From: Bacillota bacterium
GTDB lineage: Bacteria; Bacillota; Clostridia; Christensenellales; Aristaeellaceae
Direction of reading: 5' to 3'
DNA: 64,000 nucleotides
Assembly: GCA_023404715.1 (NCBI GenBank)
Contig: JAEYAR010000170.1
Span: 5,144-69,143, forward strand
Part shown: one piece after another, positions 27,071-36,197 of the stretch
How the letters are laid out: the number at the start of each line of letters is the position of its first letter
Numbering within the stretch: the stretch's first letter is position 1
The notes under the pieces: model-generated
What the model was told of the DNA's origin: nothing
Database searches by the model: none
The model's input: only the letters and a program-made list of their open reading frames with translations
Position numbers and translations under genes: made by a program

Positions 27071-28434
27071 AACGGCTGTCGATCAAGCTGCGCGTCACGC
27101 TGGCGCTGGCGCTCTTCATGGGCGTCATGGCCGCCCTGGCGCTGGCGGCGCTCCTGGCGCTCTCGGGCGGCGTGCTTCGGGCCGATGCCGGGCGCCAGCT
27201 GCTGCGCGTGCTGGAAGAGAACGCGGACGAGGTCGAGTTCGACGACGGCCGGCTCGAGTTCGACGGCGACTTTTCCTTTTATGCCGGCGGCGTCTATACG
27301 CTCGTCTACGATGCCGGCGGGCTGCTCCTGAAGGGGAGCGCCTCCGCCCCGCCGGACGCGGGTCCGGATCGCCTGCCCCTCTCGGAGGGCCCGCTTCGCA
27401 CGCTCGATACGCCGGACGGTCCCTGTTACATTAGCGATTTGCGCATCCCCCTCAAGCGCTATGGCGACATATGGCTGCGCGGCGTGCTGCCCACGGACGG
27501 CGCCTCCGGCGCTGTGAACGCCCTCGTGCGCGCCGCCTTTATCGCCCTGCCCCTGTGGGTCGTGCTCGCGAGCCTGGGCTGTTACCTGCTCATCCGCAGG
27601 AGCTTTCGCCCCTTCTCGCGCATGGCGCAGACCGCCTCCGCCATCTCCGAGGGCGCCGACCTTTCCCGCCGCATCGCGCTCGGGCCCGGGGGCGACGAGC
27701 TGCACCGGCTTTCCGACGCTTTCGACCGAATGCTCGGCCGTCTGGAGGCGTCGTTTGACGCGGAGCGGCAGTTCACATCCGACGCCTCGCATGAGCTGCG
27801 CACGCCGGTAAGCGTCGTCCTCGCCCAGTGCGAATACGCGCTCGAAAAGGAGCGGAGCGGCGATGAATACGTGCGCGCGCTGGAGGCCATCCAACGCCAG
27901 GGATATCGCATGTCGCGCTTGATCGCCCAGCTGCTGGCCTTTACCCGCCTGGAGCAGCACGCGCAGTCGCTCTGCTTTGAGGACACGGATCTAACCGCGC
28001 TCACCCTCTCGCTCTGCGAAGAAAACGCGCTCCTCGCGCAGCAGGATATCTCGCTGTCATGGCAGCTGAGCCCAGGCGTACGCGCCCCGGTCGAACGCGC
28101 CCTCTACGCGCGCCTCTTCAACAACCTGGTCGGCAACGCCTACCGCTACGGCAGGCCCGGCGGCATCATCCGCGTCACATTGGCGCAGGATGCGCGCAGC
28201 ACGCGCCTGAGCGTGTGCGACGACGGCATCGGCATCGCCCCAGAGGAACAGGAAAAGATCTTCCGCCGTTTTTACCAGGCGGACGCCGCGCGCTCAGGCG
28301 GCGCGGGCGGCATGGGCATGGGGCTGGCGATCGTGCAAAAGATCGCGCAGCTGCACGGCGGCTGCGTGCGCGTGCGCAGCGCGCCGGACCAGGGCAGCGA
28401 CTTCACGTTTGAATGGCCGATGCCGCGAAAATAA
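27067..28434 (+). CDS. HAMP sensor histidine kinase
   Basis: Two TMs, DASHELRTP, NLVGNAYRY, DDGIGI, GMGLAI. Confidence 0.95.
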   Translation: MKRLSIKLRVTLALALFMGVMAALALAALLALSGGVLRADAGRQLLRVLEENADEVEFDDGRLEFDGDFSFYAGGVYTLVYDAGGLLLKGSASAPPDAGPDRLPLSEGPLRTLDTPDGPCYISDLRIPLKRYGDIWLRGVLPTDGASGAVNALVRAAFIALPLWVVLASLGCYLLIRRSFRPFSRMAQTASAISEGADLSRRIALGPGGDELHRLSDAFDRMLGRLEASFDAERQFTSDASHELRTPVSVVLAQCEYALEKERSGDEYVRALEAIQRQGYRMSRLIAQLLAFTRLEQHAQSLCFEDTDLTALTLSLCEENALLAQQDISLSWQLSPGVRAPVERALYARLFNNLVGNAYRYGRPGGIIRVTLAQDARSTRLSVCDDGIGIAPEEQEKIFRRFYQADAARSGGAGGMGMGLAIVQKIAQLHGGCVRVRSAPDQGSDFTFEWPMPRK

Positions 28435-28508
28435 AAAAAGCGTTTTCATCTTCTCTTCATCTTCGTTTGCTACAATGGCCCTATCAACAAACGAAGGGAG
28501 TCTGTATC

Positions 28509-29039
28509 ATGAAAACACGTTCGATTCTAATGCGGATATCCGCCCTGGCCCTGAGCCTTGGTCTGCTCGCCTTTGCCGGCGCGGCGATCGCCGAGCAGAC
28601 GGGCCGCATCACATTGGGCGAGGCGGTCGATATGGCCGTAGCCCAAACCGGCCGCGCGCAAGAAGAGCTCACCGTCACGAAGGCACGCCTTGAGCGCGAG
28701 GACGGCGCCTGGGTCTACAACGTCAAGCTGACCGCCGGCAAGGACAAGTACGAGTACGACCTGCGCGCCGAAGACGGCAGCGTCGTCTCCCTCTCCGAAA
28801 AGGCCGACGCCGCCGCGCGGCAGAGCGCTAACCCGATCACCCGTGAAGAGGCCGTTTCCCTCGCGCTAGCGCGCGTGCCCGGCGCACAGGAGCGCGACAT
28901 TCGCATCAAGACGGACAGGGAGGATGGACGCGACGTCTATGAGGGCGACATTCTCTTCGGCGGTCGCGAATACGATTTTGAGATTGACGCCGAGACTGGC
29001 GCCTTCCTCGAATGGGAAGAGGAAGCGGCGAACAAGTAA
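28509..29039 (+). CDS. Exported protein with two PepSY domains
   Basis: Signal peptide; ITLGEAVDMA...YEYDLRAEDG and ITREEAVSLA...YDFEIDAETG. Confidence 0.9.
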   Translation: MKTRSILMRISALALSLGLLAFAGAAIAEQTGRITLGEAVDMAVAQTGRAQEELTVTKARLEREDGAWVYNVKLTAGKDKYEYDLRAEDGSVVSLSEKADAAARQSANPITREEAVSLALARVPGAQERDIRIKTDREDGRDVYEGDILFGGREYDFEIDAETGAFLEWEEEAANK

Positions 29040-29041
29040 AA

Positions 29042-30223
29042 TTATCCCTCGACAGAGCGGTCTTTACCGCTCTTTTTTGCTTCATAGAGCGCATGGTCCG
29101 CCCGCGAAATCTCCGCGGAGACGCGCCCATCCGCCGGCGGCACGCCCCAATGCCAGCCGATGCTGACCCGCACCGCGTCGTAAAACATGCCTTGCCCGTC
29201 CCGTAGGCACAGACCGCGCACGTGCGCGCATAGCTCGTCTGCGAGCCGCGCCGCTTGCTGCTGCGTCAAACCCGCCGAAAAAAACGCGAACTCTTCGCCG
29301 CCGTAGCGCACGATGAGGGTGTCCTCAAACTCCTGCCCCGCGCGCCTGAGCACCTCGGCCACCTCTCGTATACAGCGATCGCCCATCTGATGCCCGTGCG
29401 CATCGTTGAACGCCTTAAAATCGTCGATGTCGATCATCAGCGTGGCAAAGGATACGCCCTCCTGGCGGCAGCGCTCATACAACGCGGGTAGCGCGCCGTC
29501 GAGCACGCGGCGGTTGGATAGGCCCGTCAGTTCATCCGTATCCACCAAATACCGTAGCCGCGCGTTGATGCGCTCGATCTCTTCCTTTTGGCGTGTCATA
29601 ATCAGGCGGGCGCGCACTTCATCGACCTTATAGGCATAGCGTGTGGAGGCAATCGCGATGGCCGTAATGGCCATAAACGTCGTATTCAGGTAGTTGCCCG
29701 TGTTGTTGACAGCTTCCGGCTGAAACCTGGTAAAAAAGACGAGCAACAATATCTGACTGATCCCGAAGATGAAGGCGCTTTGCGCAGGCCGCAGGCGTGC
29801 GAGCACCGCCACCGCCATGACGAGCGTGACGTATACGCTGACGTTCTCGGTCACGCGCTGATCGTAGAGCGTGATGAACGTCCCCCAGAGGCACAGGAAC
29901 AAAACGTAAACGGCTTGCCCGTTCAGGATCAATCGCGCCCGCGCCTGCGTGTCGTCCCGGTGCACAAAAAAGAAGAGATAGGCGGCAGCCGAAAATGCGA
30001 AAAGCGATAGGTACATCGCCAAATAGACTTGCCGGGATGGCGTAATGAGCCCGCCCCGCACCGTAAACAGGACGATTACGTTTACCAGCTCCGCCACCGC
30101 GATGAACGGCAGGATGATTTTAAATGCCGCGCATACGTCGCGCGCATCCTCAGTATCGACGATCTGCGTCACCTCGGGCTCTACTTCGTTGAACTTATTC
30201 CAAATCTCTTTGATCTTCTCCAA
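29042..30223 (-). CDS. Membrane-bound diguanylate cyclase
   Basis: Multiple TMs, DELTGLSNRR, DIDDFKAFND, RYGGEEF; TTG start after GGGAGG. Confidence 0.92.
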   Translation of the reverse strand: MEKIKEIWNKFNEVEPEVTQIVDTEDARDVCAAFKIILPFIAVAELVNVIVLFTVRGGLITPSRQVYLAMYLSLFAFSAAAYLFFFVHRDDTQARARLILNGQAVYVLFLCLWGTFITLYDQRVTENVSVYVTLVMAVAVLARLRPAQSAFIFGISQILLLVFFTRFQPEAVNNTGNYLNTTFMAITAIAIASTRYAYKVDEVRARLIMTRQKEEIERINARLRYLVDTDELTGLSNRRVLDGALPALYERCRQEGVSFATLMIDIDDFKAFNDAHGHQMGDRCIREVAEVLRRAGQEFEDTLIVRYGGEEFAFFSAGLTQQQAARLADELCAHVRGLCLRDGQGMFYDAVRVSIGWHWGVPPADGRVSAEISRADHALYEAKKSGKDRSVEG

Positions 30224-30325
30224 CCTTATGCCTCCCTCGCCGCGGTACAATGCGCCTTTTTCCCATATTATTTTACCACACGTTCGGCCCGCGCACAACC
30301 GATGTCCGCGAAACCGGCTGAATCG

Positions 30326-30355
30326 GCATATTTAACGGCAAAAAGCGGCATCCTA
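30326..30355 (+). promoter_or_regulatory. Forespore sigma-G-type promoter
   Basis: GCATA-N18-CATCCTA upstream of the YetF-like gene. Confidence 0.6.
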
Positions 30356-30420
30356 TCGCCAAATGAGGGCAACCTCTTTTCATATAGACCACTGATTTCG
30401 AAAAATGAAGGAGCGTTTCG

Positions 30421-31146
30421 ATGCTGACGGTTTTTATTCGCACCATCCTGCTGTTTGGGCTGACGGTACTGGTCATCCGGGCGATGGGCAAGCGCCAGCT
30501 CGCGCAGCTGCAGCCCTTTGAGGTCGTCATTACGCTGATGATCGCAGAGCTCGCCGCCGTGCCCATGGGCGATGTGGGCATTTCGCTGTTCAGCGGCGTC
30601 GTCTCCATCCTCACGCTGCTCTTTTTGCACAGCCTGATCACCATCTTTTCCTTTCGCAGCCAACGCTTCCGCGCATTTTTATGCGGCAAGCCCAGCGTGC
30701 TCATCCGAAAGGGAAAGATACAGCTCTCAGAACTGGAACGCCTGTGCTTTGACCTCAACGACCTGATCGAGGGCATCCGTTCTCAAGGCATCCTCAACAT
30801 CGCCGACGTCGACACCGCCCTGCTAGAGACGAACGGAACGCTCACCGCCTTTCAAAGCGCGCAGGCGCGGCCCGTCACGCCTGCGGATATGAACCTCGCC
30901 GTCGATTATGAAGGGATTCCCCTCCTGCTCGTGCTCGACGGCGTCGTGCAGACGGAGGCGCTGCGCTTGGGCGGCTTTGACGAAAAATGGCTCGCTCAAA
31001 CGCTTTCGTCCCTCGGATTTCAAAACCCGAGGGACGTGCTGATATGCTCTTTGGATACGCAGGGCAAGATCTACGTACAGTCGCGCGGCAAGGATGCGCG
31101 GCTTTGCGTACGTCAGGTGTTAAAGCCCGAGCAGGTGAGGTGGTAA
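30421..31146 (+). CDS. DUF421 / YetF family membrane protein
   Basis: MGKRQLAQLQPF, GKPSVLIRKGKI, LETNGTL, LVLDG. Confidence 0.9.
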   Translation: MLTVFIRTILLFGLTVLVIRAMGKRQLAQLQPFEVVITLMIAELAAVPMGDVGISLFSGVVSILTLLFLHSLITIFSFRSQRFRAFLCGKPSVLIRKGKIQLSELERLCFDLNDLIEGIRSQGILNIADVDTALLETNGTLTAFQSAQARPVTPADMNLAVDYEGIPLLLVLDGVVQTEALRLGGFDEKWLAQTLSSLGFQNPRDVLICSLDTQGKIYVQSRGKDARLCVRQVLKPEQVRW

Positions 31147-31149
31147 GAC

Positions 31150-31533
31150 ATGAAGCAGCGCATCATTCTCGTCATTCTACTGCCGCTTTTGATCGTAGGC
31201 GCCGGGATCACCTCCATGCTCTATACGAAGGGAGTATCAGACGCTTTGCTCCTCTCCTGCGAGCTCACGCGCCAGGCGATCCGCGAGGAGGAATATCCCC
31301 TCGCCGCCGAACGCATCGAGGATATGCAAAACGATTGGCTGAACCGGCGCGAAAGGTTGCGGCTGTTGATCGACCACCCGGACATCGACCAGGTCACGCA
31401 GATGCTCAAGGGGATTGCCGCTAGCGTGGAGGCTAAGGAACAGGGCGAGGCCCTCTTGCACGCGGCGCTGCTCGACGAGGCGCTGCGCCATCTCTCGCAC
31501 CGCGACGCGCCCACGCTGTCGAACATCCTCTAA
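31150..31533 (+). CDS. DUF4363-like protein
   Basis: N-terminal TM, W...LIDHPDID, C-terminal PTLSNIL; usual partner of DUF421. Confidence 0.75.
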   Translation: MKQRIILVILLPLLIVGAGITSMLYTKGVSDALLLSCELTRQAIREEEYPLAAERIEDMQNDWLNRRERLRLLIDHPDIDQVTQMLKGIAASVEAKEQGEALLHAALLDEALRHLSHRDAPTLSNIL

Positions 31534-33710
31534 AGCTCCATCCGCCACATGGCCGCCTTTCTTTCCATCTCCTGCGCCGCCTGCCGCGCGCTGAGCCCGC
31601 CGCTCAGGAAGCGCTTACAGATGTCCTCAAGCTCGCCAAAGCCGTCCTTCAAAAGGCTGCGCCGTAGGGATTTTGCGCCAAAGTCGAGATGAGCAGTAAG
31701 GGGGCGAAGGGCTGCGACGTCGTCCGGCCCGAAGCGCCAGCGGTCGGTGCGCTCCCAATTCACCTCCCACGCCTCCATCTTCGCAAGCACCGCTTCAAGC
31801 CCGGCGCGGTCCGCCGGGTCCGCCGTATAGATCTGTGCGCGCAGGGCGTCGCGGTCTTGCTTTCGTTCCTCGTAGCCCTCCTGCCATGTGACGAACTCCA
31901 AAGGATCGTTTTGACCGGGGCGCAGGATGTAGCCCGCGAGCACCGGGGGCTGCGTCGCCGTCAACGCTAGAAACCGGATCGCGGCCTCCTTGTTCTTGCT
32001 GTTCGGGTTGAGAATGTACACGTCCATCTCGGCGGTCACGGCCTGCGGCGCCCCCTCAAACGCAGCGGGCCAGGGAAAAATCGCGCCCGGCCGTTGGATC
32101 TCCTCTTGCGAATGCAGCGCAAGGTCGTATCGCGTGTCGAGCAGCGCGTTCTGCTGATAGAGCAAATCGTCGCCGCAGCCCTGCAGCTCCTGTGGCTCGG
32201 GCAGGCCAGCGATGGCCTCGAGCAGGGAGATAAACGCCGGCGTGTCAAAGCGGACGCTCTCGCCTCGCGCCTCCGCGGCCGATACGTACTGATGCAAGGC
32301 CATCTGCAGCGCCAACGTCGCGTAATCCGCCTCGTCAATGGCGCTCAGGTTGATCGCATAGTCGAGCACGTAATCCTCGTGCTCGCCGCCGTACAGCTCT
32401 CGCCAGCGCGTTACCATCTCCACGTATTCGAGCACGGTCCGCGGCGGGCCGTCGAAGCCAAACTGCGATAGCAGCGCCTCGTTTGCCCGCATCAGGTCAA
32501 GCCGCACCGCGTAGGGCACCGCGTAGGGTACGCCCTCACGGGCGAGATATGCCTGCGCGCTCTCGTACATCAGGGCCGTCGCTTCGCGCAGGGCCGGGGT
32601 ATCCAACGGTTCGGCAAAGCCCTGGTCGATCAGCGCGCTTACGTCGTGCATCCCCCCCAGCCGGAAGATATCGACCGCGTCTTCGCCGCTTCGCACGGCC
32701 TGCGCGATTTCCTCCGCGGTGTAGGGGGTCCATGTGCTGACGACCGGTATGTCGGGATAGGCCCGCGTAAACGCGGCCTCCGCCTCCTTCCCGCCGTTCG
32801 TGCCCGAGATGCGCAGCGGGGTCTTGCACGCGTCCTCCGGCGCGGTGCTGCGCACGCTCAAGCACGTCCACTTCGAAAGCAGCACAAAACCATCCGGCGC
32901 TAAAAACGCTACGTCATCTACGCTAGGCGCATATACGTCAGGCAAGTAATTGACCGTCGTGAGCGCGCCGTCCTCCCCCACCAGCATCACCTGTCCCTCG
33001 CTGTAGACGTAGACCGCGTCGCCCGCGGGATCATATACCGCCGCGCATACGCGGCTGAGGGGCAGGTCGCACAGCGTGCGCAGCACGTTCCCCTCTTCGT
33101 CCAGCACGCACACGCGCGGATCGCTTTGGACGCTCATCGCCAGCGTCGCGAGCAGCTCTCCATCCCGATAGGCGCACAGGCTCGAAAGCGCAGGCACGTC
33201 GAGCACGCGCACAGCGCCGTCCGAGAGGGAGAGGCTGACCCATTGCTTGCCCGATTCGCTCAGCGCATAGAGCATATCGCCGGTCACGACGGGCATTTTC
33301 AGCGTCATGATGCCCGCCTGGCGCAGCGCGCTAAAGTCCGGCGTCAGAAAGGGCGTAAACCCCTCCTCTTCCCAGCGCCAGACGGTATCGTCGGGCACGG
33401 AGATCATGTACAGCCGCTCGCCGTCTCCAGCGAGCGTGGGCGTGAAGGGATCGTTCAGCAGCCCGCCGGTTTCCATAACCGGCTGGGGCTGCGCCTCCCC
33501 GGGCGCGAGACGGTAGAGCGTATGCTCGAATCCCGACTCGAGGATGTAGAGGATGCCGTCCACCGCCTCGACGCTGATTGCTTCCGGGCTGGTGGTCACA
33601 TCGCCGTCTCGCTGCGTCTGGTCAAAGTACACAGCATCCTGCGCCGCGCCAGCCGAAACCGCCGCAGCGAGCAGCAGCACGATCAAAATGATAAGCCCTC
33701 CGCGCTTCAT
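31530..33710 (-). CDS. Large exported protein: beta-rich N-terminus + extracellular solute-binding domain
   Basis: Signal peptide; AFTRAYPDIPV, VDIF, PYAVPY, YILNPNSKNKEAAIRFL, AAQEMERKAAM. Confidence 0.75.
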   Translation of the reverse strand: MKRGGLIILIVLLLAAAVSAGAAQDAVYFDQTQRDGDVTTSPEAISVEAVDGILYILESGFEHTLYRLAPGEAQPQPVMETGGLLNDPFTPTLAGDGERLYMISVPDDTVWRWEEEGFTPFLTPDFSALRQAGIMTLKMPVVTGDMLYALSESGKQWVSLSLSDGAVRVLDVPALSSLCAYRDGELLATLAMSVQSDPRVCVLDEEGNVLRTLCDLPLSRVCAAVYDPAGDAVYVYSEGQVMLVGEDGALTTVNYLPDVYAPSVDDVAFLAPDGFVLLSKWTCLSVRSTAPEDACKTPLRISGTNGGKEAEAAFTRAYPDIPVVSTWTPYTAEEIAQAVRSGEDAVDIFRLGGMHDVSALIDQGFAEPLDTPALREATALMYESAQAYLAREGVPYAVPYAVRLDLMRANEALLSQFGFDGPPRTVLEYVEMVTRWRELYGGEHEDYVLDYAINLSAIDEADYATLALQMALHQYVSAAEARGESVRFDTPAFISLLEAIAGLPEPQELQGCGDDLLYQQNALLDTRYDLALHSQEEIQRPGAIFPWPAAFEGAPQAVTAEMDVYILNPNSKNKEAAIRFLALTATQPPVLAGYILRPGQNDPLEFVTWQEGYEERKQDRDALRAQIYTADPADRAGLEAVLAKMEAWEVNWERTDRWRFGPDDVAALRPLTAHLDFGAKSLRRSLLKDGFGELEDICKRFLSGGLSARQAAQEMERKAAMWRMEL

Positions 33711-33929
33711 ACGCGCCTCCTTCCGGCCTGCCGCGCGGGCAGGCCGTCTGTTTTCTATATTATAAAGACGCCGGAAGGGTGGGCAAGGTTCCCAGAAATG
33801 GAAAAGTCGACAGCATTTTTCGCGCATGCTTTAGAATGCAAGCTGACGGTCTCGTGATGGTTTCTCGCAAAATTAAAATATAAAAAGTCCCCCTGCGCGA
33901 GGGACTTTGGATGGAGGCTCGGCGCGCAT

Positions 33930-35060
33930 CTATGGCTTGAGCACGACCTTGATGCAGCCCTCCTGCTTTTTGTCAAAGACTTCGTACCCCCTCACGCCCT
34001 CGTCCAGGCGCAGGCGGTGGGTGATGATGTCGGTTGCGTCGAATTTACCCTCCCGGATCAGCTTCAAAATGGGCTCCACATAGCGTTGGGCCGGGCATTG
34101 GCCCATCTTCAGCGTCACATTCCTGGAAAAGAAATTGCCAAGCGGAAAAAGGTTGTAGCGTCCGCCGTATACCCCGATCATGACCACGGTGCCGCACTTG
34201 CGCACCGCCTCGCTGCTCATCTCGATAGCCGCCTTGCTGCCGCCCTGGAGCTTGAGCGCGGTCTCCACCTTTTCCATCGCAGACATTTTGCCGTCCATGC
34301 CGACGCAGTCGATGACTACGTCGGCGCCGCCGTGGGTCAGCTCCTTGAGGTAAAGGCCGGTGTTGTCGTGCTCCTCGAAATTTACAGTCTCCACGCCGGG
34401 GTAAGAGGCGGCATGCTTCAGGCGGTAGCCGACGTTATCTACGGCGATGACCCGCCTGGCCCCCTCGTAGAGGGCCCACTTCATGCTCAGCAGGCCGACC
34501 GGTCCGCATCCCAAGACGATCACCGTGTCCCCGCGCTTCACGCCGCCCTGCTCCACGCCCCAGCGGGATGTGGGCAGGATATCGGTGGTGAAGAGAACCT
34601 GCTCGTCGGTGAGTTCCTCCGGCACCTTCACCGGGCCTACATTGGCGTAAGGCACCCGCAGGTACTCGGCCTGGCCCCCGGCGTAATCTCCAAAGTTTTT
34701 AGAGTAGCCAAGCAGTCCTCCGGCCTCCCCGTTGGGGTTGGAATGGTCGCACTGGGAAAACTCTCCCGCGTCACAAAAGACGCAGTGACCGCAGGCTACG
34801 GGAAAGGGGATCACCACCCGGTCGCCCTTTTTCACCTTCTTTACGCCTTTGCCGCATTCCTCCACGATGCCCATGGTTTCATGGCCCATCACGTAGCCTG
34901 GATACATGCCCGTCACCGTGCCGTGGATGAGATGTAGGTCGGAACCGCAGATGGCCGTGGAGGTCACCTTGACGATCACGTCGTCGTCGCGCTCCAGCTT
35001 TGGGTCCCGCACCTCCTTCACCGCTACGTTGCGGACGCCCTCAAAAACGACTGCTTTCAT
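33930..35060 (-). CDS. Zinc-dependent alcohol/formaldehyde dehydrogenase (AdhB-like)
   Basis: ICGSDLH, GHETMG, CGHCVFC..C, GGQAEYLRVP, GCGPVG. Confidence 0.93.
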   Translation of the reverse strand: MKAVVFEGVRNVAVKEVRDPKLERDDDVIVKVTSTAICGSDLHLIHGTVTGMYPGYVMGHETMGIVEECGKGVKKVKKGDRVVIPFPVACGHCVFCDAGEFSQCDHSNPNGEAGGLLGYSKNFGDYAGGQAEYLRVPYANVGPVKVPEELTDEQVLFTTDILPTSRWGVEQGGVKRGDTVIVLGCGPVGLLSMKWALYEGARRVIAVDNVGYRLKHAASYPGVETVNFEEHDNTGLYLKELTHGGADVVIDCVGMDGKMSAMEKVETALKLQGGSKAAIEMSSEAVRKCGTVVMIGVYGGRYNLFPLGNFFSRNVTLKMGQCPAQRYVEPILKLIREGKFDATDIITHRLRLDEGVRGYEVFDKKQEGCIKVVLKP

Positions 35061-35168
35061 ACGCCGCCCTCCTCGCATTTTTCTTATGCTTTACAAAGAG
35101 CAGGCGTCCTATGCTTTCCCAGTGCCCTAAAGGCGGTTTCATGATCGCCCAGCTTGCGCGCCCGCCCG

Positions 35169-35807
35169 TCAAATACCCCGCTTATAGAGGATGAAGGAGT
35201 ACACGCAGGGCACTGCGGCGAGCACGAGCAGCAGCGCAAGCCCGATCCACGCAAAGGCCGGTAATGCAAGCGCGAATACGATCATCCCCAGCCCGCCTGC
35301 GACGAAGCATACGCCCGCCGCGCGGTGGGTACGCCGCCAGTTCTCTTCGCTGTGCAGCGTCCACGGCAAGCGGATGCCCGCCGTGTAGCTGCTGCGCGTC
35401 TTGGGCATATAGTTGCCCATGATCATGATGAGCAAGCCGACGATCGCGGGCACCAGCGTGCCCACAGGCACCTCCCAGCCCAGCCCAGCCAGCAGCGTCA
35501 TGGGCACGACCAGCAGGCAAACGGACGGCAGGGTCCACTTCCCGATCAACACGATGGCCCGGGCGATGTTCTTGCGTTTGGGGTCGTTGTCGAGCGCCAG
35601 GTGGGCCGCCGCGTTCAAGACCGCCATCAAAAGCGGCAGGCCGAATCCAGCGAACGCCTTGTGCGACCAGCCGTCCACCTCGCCCGCAAAGTTCCAGTGC
35701 GTCGGCACCTGCTCGGGCAGCCGGCCGTACACGCAAAGCGTCAGCGCGATGGGCAAAAGGCACAGCGCGGTGGTCCACAGCAACGTACGGTCAATCTTTT
35801 TCTTCAT
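35169..35807 (-). CDS. sdpI: SdpI-family membrane protein
   Basis: LPEQVPTHWNFAGEVDGW, GNYMPK, GIRLPWTL..EENWRRTHR. Confidence 0.9.
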   Translation of the reverse strand: MKKKIDRTLLWTTALCLLPIALTLCVYGRLPEQVPTHWNFAGEVDGWSHKAFAGFGLPLLMAVLNAAAHLALDNDPKRKNIARAIVLIGKWTLPSVCLLVVPMTLLAGLGWEVPVGTLVPAIVGLLIMIMGNYMPKTRSSYTAGIRLPWTLHSEENWRRTHRAAGVCFVAGGLGMIVFALALPAFAWIGLALLLVLAAVPCVYSFILYKRGI

Positions 35808-36075
35808 GCGCGTCGCCTCCCATGAACTGCGATATCCAAAGCATCAGCTCTTCAAAGACCGATGTATTGAGCTCATAAAACACGTAATTCTTCTGCTTCG
35901 TCTCAAAAACGAGCCCCGCCTTTTTGAGCTGCGACAGATGATAGGAGATGGTCGCCCCCGTCATATCGAAATGCTGTCCGATCTCGCCTGCGCTCATGCG
36001 TCCGCCCCGCAGCATCGTCAGGATTTCGCGCCGCACGGGATCGGAGAGCGCCTTAAACGTATCGGGAAAGGCCAT
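35791..36075 (-). CDS. sdpR: ArsR-family autorepressor SdpR
   Basis: FKALSDPVRREIL, MSAGEI, SYHLSQLKKAGLV, YELNTSV; upstream dyad TTAGAG-N4-CTCTAA at 36102-36117. Confidence 0.9.
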   Translation of the reverse strand: MAFPDTFKALSDPVRREILTMLRGGRMSAGEIGQHFDMTGATISYHLSQLKKAGLVFETKQKNYVFYELNTSVFEELMLWISQFMGGDAHEEKD

Positions 36076-36197
36076 GGCGCCGCACCTCCTCGTTCAGAAA
36101 ATTAGAGCGTTCTCTAAATACCAGTGTAACAAGGAAGCGCCGCCTTGTCAAGCGGCGCCCGGCAAGCCGTCCGTCTGTTGAGATCAGGAACGGCGTT

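Noticed and set aside
30302..30336. Similarity to the minus-strand motif at 18903-18935 (ATGTCCG...CG(A/G)CATA) as a shared ECF promoter
   Set aside because: Requires a gap and many mismatches, and the site is already explained by a sigma-G consensus
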